From contig CAVRCN010000004.1 of assembly GCA_963719575.1 (NCBI GenBank), forward strand, positions 226,875 to 290,874: DNA of 64,000 nt, given 5' to 3'. Below the pieces are notes generated by a model, which saw only the letters and a program-made list of their open reading frames with translations, searched no databases and was not told where the DNA came from. Position numbers and translations under genes: made by a program. The first letter of the stretch is position 1, and each line of letters starts with the position of its first letter. The DNA comes from an uncultured Acidobacteriaceae bacterium. GTDB lineage: Bacteria > Acidobacteriota > Terriglobia > Terriglobales > Acidobacteriaceae. Positions 53,438-63,340 of the stretch are shown piece after piece.

Positions 53438-56311
53438 TCAGTCCTCGTCTTTGCCCGCTGGAAAAATCGTATGCCGGGGCGCGGGCATCGGCGCGTCGCC
53501 TTTCTGGTCACGCCACAGCACGCGGTTCAACCGAGTCGCGCCGGCCGCATCGGGCCGGGAGAAATCCATCTTGGACGAAATCTTCGCCCCCGGCGCCGTG
53601 CGTTTGTTGACTTCGTAGATCAAGCCATTCTTTAGATTCCTGTCGTCCGCCGTGAAAGCGGGCTGATCGCCAGCCCCGGAAAATAGCGACCCCATTAGCG
53701 GCGCATACGCGTCGTTCTGATTCATCGGAGGTAAGCCCAGCAGCGTCTCCAGCGTGTGAATCATGTTCACCGTGGTGTAGAAGCGATGCTCGAGATAAGG
53801 CTGCGCGGCCGATCCCGGTGAATATTTGCTCACCACAAAAGCGATCGACCGGTGCGCATCCACATGGTCGCCGCCGTCCTGGGCATCGTCTTCCAATACA
53901 AAGATGGCAGTGTCATCCCAATAAGGGCTGTGCGAAACCGCATCCACCACGCGGCCCACAGCCAGATCGTTGTCCGCTACCGAGGCCGCCGGACGCGGAA
54001 AAGTAGGCCGCGTACCCCCGGTATGATCGTCGGGCAGATATAGCAGCACGAACGCCGGCAACTGAAATTCCGGCGCTTCGTTTTCCTTCCGTGCCCGCAC
54101 GAACGCCGAGAACTCGTTCAAAAATTCATCTGCCCGGAGCTGGTCGGGATAGTCGGTATTGAAATCCGGAAACAGCGGATCGAAATGATCGCGCAGCGCC
54201 GCCTTGGTGGGCTTCACCCCGCTAAACAACGGCACCGCCCACGGCCACGGGCTCGGCCCCGCATGCGGATCTCCCACATTCGGAGCCAGCAACTCGCCCT
54301 TGCGAACCGCGGTCCGCGGGCAGCGCGCTTCCTGCCCCGAAGGAGTTCCCTGCTTCGGCGTCGCCGCTTTTTTCTTCTCGTTGCACCACTCGGCATTCAC
54401 AAACTCGCCGTAGTCGCGGAAACTGACGTGGTTGCGCGCCAGATTATCCCAGAGAAATCCGGTGCCCGGATCGTCAACATCCGGCTGATTATGTTCCAGC
54501 GGATATTCGTCGGCCACTTGCCCCTGAAAATCGTAAGTCCGTTCCTTACCGCGATAAGCAATCTGCCACGTCTTCTCGTTGTAATCGCTGGTGATCGCCG
54601 CCGTCGACCACAAGTGTCCGTCGCCGGAAACTTCTCCGCTGTCATAAAAATTATCCAGCACACCAAACTGCAGTGCCAACTTGTGCTCGTTGGGAGTGAT
54701 CTCTTCTCCATACATGGTGAGCGAAGGATCGCCATCGCCGACTTTCAAGTCACCTAAAATCTGATCGTAGGTGCGATTTTCCTTGATCACGTAGATTACA
54801 TGCTTGATCGGGTTCGAGCCTTGCGCAAACGAAATGGTTCCAGGATCGGCATGCAGCAGGTTGTCGTGCTCAACGACTCGAGTCAACTCTGGAAGCTTCT
54901 GGATCGTTGATGGAATGTTGAGCCGGGCGATCGATCCCCTCAGCAGAGTAGGAATGTAAGGATGGTCGCGGTGCCGTTTCTCGTAGGAAGTTTTCCCCAT
55001 ACCTTTGTTGGGGCCGGCACCTTCGCCTTTGGCAGTCGCGATCAGCAGGTCGTCGCCGTGGACGGCCAGTGCGCTTGGATACCAGTCGGTGGGGATGAAA
55101 CCAACTGCTTGTCGCAAACCCTCAAGCGGAGCTGACGAGCCGAATGGGACTGTGGCCCACGGGTCCAGTTCCGACGTATCAAAGACGGCAACCGCGTCCA
55201 ACGATGAATCCGCGACGAAAAGATATTTGCCGTCCGAGGATTGTGCCAGGGCCGTCGGGTAGCTACCGGGATATTTTTTCGGGCGCGTGCCCGTCGAAAG
55301 GTGGTAAATCCTGCGCGTTGCGGTCGGGCCGGGCTCTACCGTCGGAACCGCCTCCACGGTATCGAGGTTCGAGAGAGCAACATACAACATCTTCTCAGTC
55401 GGACTCAGCAGCAACGCCGTCGGATGGGATCCAGGTGCGAGCGGATCCTTCGGCTCCTCCACCTTGATCCATCGGACGACTTTCCCTTCAACAAGGTCGA
55501 GTTCGGCCACTTTCGACGCGTTCCACAGACTGCACCACGCGCGCCGTCCATCGCGCGTGGCCACGCACGTATACGGAAATGACGACGGCACCAGTGCATT
55601 CGTGCTCAGGTCGAACGTTTGGAGCACCTTTCCGCTGGCCGGGTCGAGCAGGACGACGTTATCGGAGAGATTGTTCGCGACCAGCAGCTTGTCCTGTCCT
55701 CGAACCGAAACCATCGCCAGCCCCGCAGGATACGGAATCGCTGTGCCAGCGAGCGTCTTCTGCAGGCCGATTGCGACTTTCTTCCCCGCAGCCAGTGGCT
55801 GTGGCGCAATCGGGATAAAGCGTTCGGGCGCGACCTTGCCTTGTGAAAACGTGTAGACCGCAATGCCGTTGCCCGTGTTGCCCGCCTTTTCGCCAGTCGG
55901 GTCAGTGACGGACCCCACCGAGGCATACAGGTGCTTGCCATCCGAACTAAAAACCAGCCCCAGAAAATAACTCTGATAGGACTCATCACTCAACCGCGCG
56001 TCGGGATAATCGACGAGATGACTATTCGTGAGATCAAGGACAGCGATCGACTGGTGGGCCAAGCTTTCCTGCGTTCCGTACCCATCGTTGAGCAGCGCGG
56101 CGTAGCGGCCATCGGGGCTGAGCGCAATCGTGGCGGGGAAACTGTTGGTGCTGCCGATCTTTCCGGGGGACGGAACCGTCAACAGCTTGCTGGTCGGCAG
56201 ATTCACAGCCGGACGATCTGCGGGCGGCGCAGATTGCGCGGAGGCGATTCCAATCGCTGCCGGAAAAGCCAAGGCGAGATAAAGAAACTCACGGCGAGCG
56301 CAGAAAATCAC
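53438..56311 (-). CDS. secreted fusion of a YncE/lactonase-like beta-propeller with a phosphoesterase (PLC/AcpA family) domain
   Basis: Signal peptide. The N-terminal half has repeated SPDGRY / SSDGKHLY / SSDGKYLFVA propeller blades. The C-terminal half starts HVIYVIKENRTYDQILGD, with later YLPDDHTGG and DGGDHVDAHRS. Confidence 0.8.
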   Translation of the reverse strand: MIFCARREFLYLALAFPAAIGIASAQSAPPADRPAVNLPTSKLLTVPSPGKIGSTNSFPATIALSPDGRYAALLNDGYGTQESLAHQSIAVLDLTNSHLVDYPDARLSDESYQSYFLGLVFSSDGKHLYASVGSVTDPTGEKAGNTGNGIAVYTFSQGKVAPERFIPIAPQPLAAGKKVAIGLQKTLAGTAIPYPAGLAMVSVRGQDKLLVANNLSDNVVLLDPASGKVLQTFDLSTNALVPSSFPYTCVATRDGRRAWCSLWNASKVAELDLVEGKVVRWIKVEEPKDPLAPGSHPTALLLSPTEKMLYVALSNLDTVEAVPTVEPGPTATRRIYHLSTGTRPKKYPGSYPTALAQSSDGKYLFVADSSLDAVAVFDTSELDPWATVPFGSSAPLEGLRQAVGFIPTDWYPSALAVHGDDLLIATAKGEGAGPNKGMGKTSYEKRHRDHPYIPTLLRGSIARLNIPSTIQKLPELTRVVEHDNLLHADPGTISFAQGSNPIKHVIYVIKENRTYDQILGDLKVGDGDPSLTMYGEEITPNEHKLALQFGVLDNFYDSGEVSGDGHLWSTAAITSDYNEKTWQIAYRGKERTYDFQGQVADEYPLEHNQPDVDDPGTGFLWDNLARNHVSFRDYGEFVNAEWCNEKKKAATPKQGTPSGQEARCPRTAVRKGELLAPNVGDPHAGPSPWPWAVPLFSGVKPTKAALRDHFDPLFPDFNTDYPDQLRADEFLNEFSAFVRARKENEAPEFQLPAFVLLYLPDDHTGGTRPTFPRPAASVADNDLAVGRVVDAVSHSPYWDDTAIFVLEDDAQDGGDHVDAHRSIAFVVSKYSPGSAAQPYLEHRFYTTVNMIHTLETLLGLPPMNQNDAYAPLMGSLFSGAGDQPAFTADDRNLKNGLIYEVNKRTAPGAKISSKMDFSRPDAAGATRLNRVLWRDQKGDAPMPAPRHTIFPAGKDED

Positions 56312-56492
56312 GATGCCTCCGAGCAGGAACCACTGCAGAATGAAATCGAGATGAGCCTAATGCAAATTGCACCGGGCGGTCAAAGGCGGGAGTGTGATGT
56401 GTCGTAAAATTCGCGGACAATGGCGATGAAAAAACCAGGCGAGCTTCGCTCCACCGGACAGCCGAGGGCGCCCACATGAGCAAGTCACAAGC

Positions 56493-57206
56493 CTAGAGTC
56501 CCGACACCCGCGGGGTCCGGCGGGTGGGGTCGGACGACTCCGAAGGTTCCACGCCCACGTTGTGGCGCACGTCGGCGCCCTGCACCCAGAAGATCACGTC
56601 TTCGGCGATGTTGGTGGCATGGTCCGCAACGCGCTCCAGGTTGCGGGCCACCAGCAGGGCGTCCAGAGCCTGGCGCACAACCTCGGGCCGCTCGTTCATG
56701 GTTTTCACCAGCTGGATGAAGGCGTCGTCGCGCATGCGGTCAATCACGCTATCCATTTCCAGCACGGCTTGCGCCAGTTCGACTTTCGCTTCGATAAACG
56801 ATTCCAGGGAACGGCGCACCATCGCGCTCACTGCCGACCCCATGCGTGCGATGTCCACCGGCAATTCCACCGCCGGCAGCTCCGTCATGTCCATCACGCG
56901 CTCGGCAATGTTCACAGCCTGGTCGCCTACGCGCTCCAGATCAGAATTGATCTTCGTCACTGCGAGGATGAACCGAAGGTCCACAGCCATGGGCTGCTGC
57001 ATGGCCAGCAAATCGAAAGCCGCTTCGTCGATTTCACGCTCCACGGTGTTGATCAGGCCTTCGCCTTCCAGCACCATCTGGCAGCGTGTGAGGTCGCGCT
57101 CCACGTATGCCTGGCGGGCGCGGTCCACCGCCTGCTCCGCCAGTCCGCCCATGCGAAGAAGCTTCTCCCGCAGTTCGTCGAGACCGTGTTGAAAACGCGT
57201 GCGCAT
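56493..57206 (-). CDS. phoU: phosphate signalling complex protein PhoU
   Basis: Two PhoU repeats, including DLERVGDQAVNIAE and NLERVADHATNIAEDV. Confidence 0.9.
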   Translation of the reverse strand: MRTRFQHGLDELREKLLRMGGLAEQAVDRARQAYVERDLTRCQMVLEGEGLINTVEREIDEAAFDLLAMQQPMAVDLRFILAVTKINSDLERVGDQAVNIAERVMDMTELPAVELPVDIARMGSAVSAMVRRSLESFIEAKVELAQAVLEMDSVIDRMRDDAFIQLVKTMNERPEVVRQALDALLVARNLERVADHATNIAEDVIFWVQGADVRHNVGVEPSESSDPTRRTPRVSGL

Positions 57207-57269
57207 TATCCGAACCTTTCCTGTCTGAATCGGCCTTATCCGACTCGACCTTATCCGAACCAGCCGGGC

Positions 57270-58028
<759 letters not shown>

Positions 58029-58031
58029 AAG

Positions 58032-58916
58032 TTATGCCATCCCGAAACTGCCGCGCCGCACCGCGTAGCGTACCGCCGCGATTGCGCTCACGATGAGAAG
58101 AATCAGCACCAATGCTCCGGCCCAGGCCTGGCGATGCCAGTCATCGTAGGGGGACTGCGCGTATTTGTATATCTCCAGAGGCAAAGCTGCGGTGGGCTGG
58201 TCCAGGCGCAGATTCCAGAATTCGTTGCCCAGGGTAGTAAACAACAACGGAGCGGTCTCACCCGCGACTCGGGCAAAGGCCAACATCACTCCGGTAATCA
58301 CTCCCGAAGTCGCGCTGCGCAGGGTGATGGAAAGCGTGGTCCGCCAGCGTGGGATACCCAAGCCATACGCCGCTTCGCGCAGCGCCTGGGGCACCAGCAG
58401 CAGCATTTCTTCGGTAGTCCGGCTGATCGTAGGAACCATCATGATCGCCAGCGCCACCCCACCCGCCAGCGCGGAGAAATGCCAATGTAAAACCACAAGG
58501 GCGTAAGCCACGATGCCGATGACAATCGAGGGTACTCCGTTCAGCACATCGGCGGTGAAGCGCACCGCATCTCCCAGCCGGTTGCGTCCATACTCCGCCA
58601 GATAAATGCCGGCTCCGATCCCAAGCGGTACGCCCAGCAGACTGGCGATCCCGAGAATCATACCCGAACCTACGATCCCGTTGGCCACACCGCCCCCGAC
58701 TTCTCCTGGGGGGCGTGGCATCTTGGTCAGGAACGCCCAATTCACCGAAGCCAGGCCGCGATACAGGAGGTACCCGAAAATTGCGATCAGCGGCACCAGG
58801 ACCACGATCACGGTCAGAACCGCGATGCCCGTCATGGCATGGTCGGTCACCCGGCGCCGCAAGCTGATCGGCGGCACCTTGTGCTGCATGGCGGCAATGT
58901 TGGCGGCGTCAGGCAT
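58032..58916 (-). CDS. pstA: phosphate ABC transporter permease PstA
   Basis: GGVANGIVGSGMILGIASLLGVPLGIGAGIYLAEYG and the EAAYGLG...W EAA-loop region. Confidence 0.9.
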   Translation of the reverse strand: MPDAANIAAMQHKVPPISLRRRVTDHAMTGIAVLTVIVVLVPLIAIFGYLLYRGLASVNWAFLTKMPRPPGEVGGGVANGIVGSGMILGIASLLGVPLGIGAGIYLAEYGRNRLGDAVRFTADVLNGVPSIVIGIVAYALVVLHWHFSALAGGVALAIMMVPTISRTTEEMLLLVPQALREAAYGLGIPRWRTTLSITLRSATSGVITGVMLAFARVAGETAPLLFTTLGNEFWNLRLDQPTAALPLEIYKYAQSPYDDWHRQAWAGALVLILLIVSAIAAVRYAVRRGSFGMA

Positions 58917-59973
58917 GGGTGCTCGCAGGTTGCCCGCGCGTCACTGTCCACACTAAAACACGCGCCAGCGTATTTACCACAATCGTCACCAGAAACAGCG
59001 CTAGCCCGATTTCCACCAGCGCAGACAGGTGCATGTTGCTCGTGGCCTCGGCAAACTCGTTGGCCAGCACGCTGGCCATGGTGTATCCCGGCGCAAACAG
59101 CGACCGCGAAATATTCGGGCTGTTTCCGATCACCATGGTGACGGCCATGGTTTCACCGAGGGCCCGGCCCAACCCCAGGATGATACCGCCCACAATTCCC
59201 GCGCGCGCGTTGCGCAGCACCCCGATGCGGATCATCTCCCAGCGCGTGGCGCCCAACGCCAGCACCGCTTCGCGCTGATGCTGCGGCACCACCACGAGCA
59301 CCTCGCGGGCAATCGACGAAATGATGGGGACGATCATGACCGCGAGAATGATCCCCGCGGCCAGCATGCCCGCGCCCAGTGGGGGTCCAGTAAACAATCC
59401 CGTCCAGCCCAGGATTTTGGGCAGGCCCAGGGTTTTTGCCAGGAACGGCTCGACGTGGTTGCTCAAAATCGGTTCGAGCACGAAGATCGCCCACAAACCA
59501 TAAATCACGCTGGGAATTGCCGCCAGCAACTCCACGAAAAATGAGAGTGGTCCGCGCAGGGCGCGCGGGCACATTTCGGTGGTGAAGACCGCGACCCCAA
59601 CCGCCAACGGAACCGCGATGATCAGCGCCAGCAAAGACGAAACCAACGTCCCGTAGATGAACGGGAACGCGCCAAACTGCTCGTTCACCGGGTCCCAGTC
59701 GCTGGTGCCGAAGAACTTGAATCCAAAGGCGTGCCAGGAAAGGCTGGAGCGCAATAGCAGCTCGTAAATGATGAGCGCCAGCAGGCCCAGAACCGCCATC
59801 CCGCACGCCACCATCGCGTACTTGAAAATGCGGTCAGGCATTTCCCCGTCGGAAACCCGCAGCAGGGGTTCCGGCCGGGGGCCAGGAGTGCTGTTAACCT
59901 TTGTCTCTGCAACGGGTTGCAGTCCGGGCATATCAGGCCGATGGAATGCGGGATTGGCCATTCGCATCCCCAC
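58909..59973 (-). CDS. pstC: phosphate ABC transporter permease PstC
   Basis: FPFIYGTLVSSLLALIIAVPLAVGVAVFTTE and the EAVLALGATRWE EAA loop. Overlaps the pstA start by 8 nt. The start codon is uncertain (59973 GTG, 59967, 59961 or 59841). Confidence 0.9.
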   Translation of the reverse strand: MGMRMANPAFHRPDMPGLQPVAETKVNSTPGPRPEPLLRVSDGEMPDRIFKYAMVACGMAVLGLLALIIYELLLRSSLSWHAFGFKFFGTSDWDPVNEQFGAFPFIYGTLVSSLLALIIAVPLAVGVAVFTTEMCPRALRGPLSFFVELLAAIPSVIYGLWAIFVLEPILSNHVEPFLAKTLGLPKILGWTGLFTGPPLGAGMLAAGIILAVMIVPIISSIAREVLVVVPQHQREAVLALGATRWEMIRIGVLRNARAGIVGGIILGLGRALGETMAVTMVIGNSPNISRSLFAPGYTMASVLANEFAEATSNMHLSALVEIGLALFLVTIVVNTLARVLVWTVTRGQPASTHA

Positions 59974-60142
59974 CGTAGCAGATAGTTGTTACAAAGGTGT
60001 TAAAATCACGGTGCTTTCTTGGGATTCTGTGGCGCAAGGGTGCAAGGCGGTCAACGACAAAGAGTGTGGCACTTCCTGAGGATTGCGTTTTCTGCACAAA
60101 GTTGTATAGTTCCTGTCCCAACGCCGGACTGAGTCTATTTTG

Positions 60143-61006
60143 ATGGCGAAAGACCCTATCCAGTCTGTTTTTCAGAAGCTTGAGCGCGACCTGGTGAAGG
60201 TTTCGTCCAAGCAGAATGCCGAAAGTGTGCACCGCTTCCGCAGCGCTGCCCGGCGGCTCGAAACTTTGCTGGAAGAACTGCTCCCGAAACAAGAGCGTGC
60301 CCACCACAAACTACTGAAGGCGCTGGGGCGAATCCGCAAACGCGCGGGCAAATTGCGCGATCTGGACGTGCAACTCGCGGCCTTGCGGAGCCTGAAGGTT
60401 CCACAAGAACCGCGGCGCAAGAGCCAGCTGATGAACGGCCTGATCGAGCTTCGCGCGGAACACGAGAAAAAACTGCGCAAAGCATTGAATAAACAGGCTG
60501 TTCACGAAATTCTAAAGCGGCTGAAGCGCGGCGCCAGGGACGTGAAAGCAGCGAAGGTTGAAAACCCGCTCGCTGTCGCCAGAAAGATGCTCGGCCAACC
60601 ACCCCAGCCCGACGCCCGGGGCACTCTGACCGAAGATCTTCTGCACCATTACCGTATTGTCGGCAAGCGGGCGCGCTACATCGCCGAGTTCGCCCCGCCG
60701 TCTCCCGAGGCAACGGAATTCATAACGCAACTCAAGCGCATGCAGGATGCCGCCGGGGACTGGCACGATTGGTTCACGTTGACCCACACCGCGGCCAAGC
60801 GGCTCGGTGGGGTGCACGAGTCTTCGCTGGTAGCCGTGCTCCACAACGTAACCGGAGCGAAGTTTCGCGGCGCGGTGACGGCGCTCGCCGCCCTGCGCGC
60901 CGGTCAAACCACGCACAAGCCCGCGTCCGAATCTGCAGGCTCGGCGCGCCGCGGAGCGCCTGGCCAGCCGCGCAAGACTGCCCGGCCCGCAGCTACGGCG
61001 GCGTAG
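60143..61006 (+). CDS. CHAD domain protein
   Basis: HRFRSAARRLETLLE..., LGRIRKRAGKLRDLDV and HHYRIVGKRARYIAEF helical CHAD patterns. Confidence 0.8.
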   Translation: MAKDPIQSVFQKLERDLVKVSSKQNAESVHRFRSAARRLETLLEELLPKQERAHHKLLKALGRIRKRAGKLRDLDVQLAALRSLKVPQEPRRKSQLMNGLIELRAEHEKKLRKALNKQAVHEILKRLKRGARDVKAAKVENPLAVARKMLGQPPQPDARGTLTEDLLHHYRIVGKRARYIAEFAPPSPEATEFITQLKRMQDAAGDWHDWFTLTHTAAKRLGGVHESSLVAVLHNVTGAKFRGAVTALAALRAGQTTHKPASESAGSARRGAPGQPRKTARPAATAA

Positions 61007-61086
61007 TCCGATTTTCCGGTAGTGAACGCCGGTTTTCGAACTGTACCGAAGCCGCGGACGTTATAAGATAAGAGACGAGAGGCGGC

Positions 61087-61251
61087 ATGAAAACCTCATT
61101 CTCGGTTTTGGCGGTCACTTTTCTTTGCCTCGGAATTCTCGCGCTTTGCCTCGCGACGCAAGCCCTTCATCGTGGCAATATTGCTCTCTTCTTCGTCTTG
61201 CTTATCATCGCCGTCATTTTCTGGAATCGGCTGCAAGGGAAACGATCCTAA
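61087..61251 (+). CDS. 54-aa two-TM small membrane protein (below the ORF-track size cut-off)
   Basis: ATG 61087 preceded by GAGAGG. Translation by hand: MKTSFSVLAVTFLCLGILALCLATQALHRGNIALFFVLLIIAVIFWNRLQGKRS. Lies between CHAD and ppx on the same strand. Confidence 0.4.
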   Translation: MKTSFSVLAVTFLCLGILALCLATQALHRGNIALFFVLLIIAVIFWNRLQGKRS

Positions 61252-61328
61252 GAATTTCGAACTGAGAGCACCACCTGCTTTTCCTGACGGCTGGGGGCTG
61301 ACGGCTGTACACTGTGGTGCTTCCCTCC

Positions 61329-62858
61329 ATGCCCACCTTTGCCGCGGTCGACATCGGCTCAAACTCTGTTCGGCTGAAGATTGCGCGTCTGGCTGGACGC
61401 CGCCTGCGGCCGATCCACGAAGACCGTGAAGTCACGCGTCTCGGCGAAGGAGTATTCCGCTCCGGATTTCTCACGCCCGAATCGATGGCGGAAACGGTGA
61501 AAGTGTTGCGCCGTTTTCACCGGGCGGCGCAGCAGGTAGTCGCCGACACGGTGCGCGTGGTGGCGACCAGCGCTTTGCGCGATGCGCGAAATTCGCAGGC
61601 GTTTATCGAGTGGGTGCGCTCGGCAACGGGCTGGCGCGTCGAGATCATTTCCGGAGTGGAAGAAGCGCGGCTGATTCACCTGGGACTGGTTTCCAGTCCG
61701 CGCGTGGATCGTTTGCCCACGCTGATGATCGATCTCGGCGGCGGCAGTTGCGAGCTGACGGTCTCCACGAAAGGACAGATACGCGATACGGTGAGCCTTC
61801 CGCTGGGCGCGGTTCGGCTTACCGACGAATTCCTGCGGCACGACCCGCCACGCAAGGGAGAATTGAAACGCCTGCGCGGATTCGTCACCCGCGAAGTGAA
61901 CCGCATTGCACCGCGGATCGTGGCCGCGCGGGTGAAGAATGCGATTGCCACTTCCGGGACGGCGGCGGCGCTCGCGGCCGTCGCGGCCAACTTGAGCAGC
62001 AACCGCCGAAACCACCGGCTGATGGTCTCAAGCGCGGAGATGAGCCGCATCGCCAAGCGCCTGGCCCGGCTGCCCGTGGCCGACCGCCGCAAGATTGAAG
62101 GCATTGGTCCGCGCCGCGCAGAAATCGTGGTGGCGGGCGCCATGGTCTACCACGCCCTGGTGGAACATTGCCATCTCAAGGGATTTCGTTACTCGCCGCT
62201 CGGGTTGCGCGACGGCCTGCTGGCGCAGATGGCTGCGGAATATGACCGCAACACGCGGCCCGGCAAACAGATCGAATCCGAGCGCTGGGAGTCGATCGGC
62301 AAAGCCGTGGAGCATTACGGCGTGGACCGCAAACATGCGCTCGATGTCCGCGAGTCGGCTATGTTTCTTTTCTCCGCGTTGCGTTCAGTGCACCGCCTGG
62401 CCCCGGAGTATCGCGAGTGGATCTCCGCCGCGGCCATGCTTTACGAAGTGGGAGACTATGTGAACCGCGCCGGGCGGCACCGCCATACTCACTACATTAT
62501 TTCGAATTCGGAGATTCTCGGTTACACGCCGCCGCAGCGGCGCATTATCGCGGCCATATCGCGATACCTGGGAAACTCGCGCCCCACGGTGGAGGATGGA
62601 CCCATGAAGGTGCTTGATCCCGCCGACCGGCCCGGGGTGCAGAAGGCCATCTTGTTGCTTAGGCTTGCTCGGGCCCTGAATCTGGGACGCAGCCGCGCGG
62701 TGCAGAAAGTGCGGGTGAAACTGCACGCCGCCGATGTGCGATTGACGCTGGTTCCGCGCCGACGCATGGGAGTGGATTTGGAACTCTGGGCGATTGAAAA
62801 AGACTGCGCTTATTTCCGGGAAGTCTTCGGTCGGGAACTTTCTACCGCTGTGTCGTAA
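61329..62858 (+). CDS. ppx: exopolyphosphatase (Ppx/GppA family)
   Basis: FAAVDIGSNSVRLKIA, then ATSALRDARN and IDLGGGSCEL. C-terminal HD-like region (HTHYIISNSE). Confidence 0.9.
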   Translation: MPTFAAVDIGSNSVRLKIARLAGRRLRPIHEDREVTRLGEGVFRSGFLTPESMAETVKVLRRFHRAAQQVVADTVRVVATSALRDARNSQAFIEWVRSATGWRVEIISGVEEARLIHLGLVSSPRVDRLPTLMIDLGGGSCELTVSTKGQIRDTVSLPLGAVRLTDEFLRHDPPRKGELKRLRGFVTREVNRIAPRIVAARVKNAIATSGTAAALAAVAANLSSNRRNHRLMVSSAEMSRIAKRLARLPVADRRKIEGIGPRRAEIVVAGAMVYHALVEHCHLKGFRYSPLGLRDGLLAQMAAEYDRNTRPGKQIESERWESIGKAVEHYGVDRKHALDVRESAMFLFSALRSVHRLAPEYREWISAAAMLYEVGDYVNRAGRHRHTHYIISNSEILGYTPPQRRIIAAISRYLGNSRPTVEDGPMKVLDPADRPGVQKAILLLRLARALNLGRSRAVQKVRVKLHAADVRLTLVPRRRMGVDLELWAIEKDCAYFREVFGRELSTAVS

Positions 62859-63340
62859 AGCGTACGGAGAATTTTCGGGGTTACGCACCAGCTCAGGGTG
62901 CCGGAACTGCGCCGCATTTCCACTTTCGCAACGGCCCCTTTTTTCAGCTCGAGCGAGGCTTCACATCCGGAGTCGCTGATGATCGCCCCCAGAAACTGGC
63001 TCAGGTTCGGATTGTGGCCGACGACCATGATGGCTTCCTGTCTCGCGTATTTTTCCAGCAGCTTGCGGAAATCGGCGAAGCCGGCTTCGGGGCGAAGGCC
63101 GGCATCGATCTGCAGTTTGCCTTCGTAGCCCAGTTCGTTGCCCACCAGAGAACCCGTCTGCGTGGCGCGTTTCAGAGGGCTGGAGACGATCACATCCACC
63201 TGAACGTCGAGCGCAGCGAGCGCGCGGCCGATGTAGCCGCATTGCGCGATGCCTTCTGGGTCGAGCGCGCGCTTCTCGTCCTTCTTGGGATTGGTGACGT
63301 GCTCGCCGGCGCTGGCGTGACGCAAAAAGTAAAGAATCAT
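62810..63340 (-). CDS. sixA: phosphohistidine phosphatase SixA
   Basis: MILYFLRHASAG (RHA/G motif), LDPEGIAQ and VVGHNPNLSQF. ATGA overlap with the ppk1 stop. Confidence 0.85.
   Translation of the reverse strand: MILYFLRHASAGEHVTNPKKDEKRALDPEGIAQCGYIGRALAALDVQVDVIVSSPLKRATQTGSLVGNELGYEGKLQIDAGLRPEAGFADFRKLLEKYARQEAIMVVGHNPNLSQFLGAIISDSGCEASLELKKGAVAKVEMRRSSGTLSWCVTPKILRTLYDTAVESSRPKTSRK

Noticed and set aside
60067-60086. Sigma-54-like TGGCAC...TTGC upstream of the CHAD gene
   Set aside because: The GG-to-GC spacing is about 15 nt instead of the required 10, so it does not fit the -24/-12 geometry.
61096-61362. 88-aa minus-strand ORF between CHAD and ppx
   Set aside because: It is antisense to a much more protein-like 54-aa two-TM ORF. 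It overlaps the ppx start and has no RBS.
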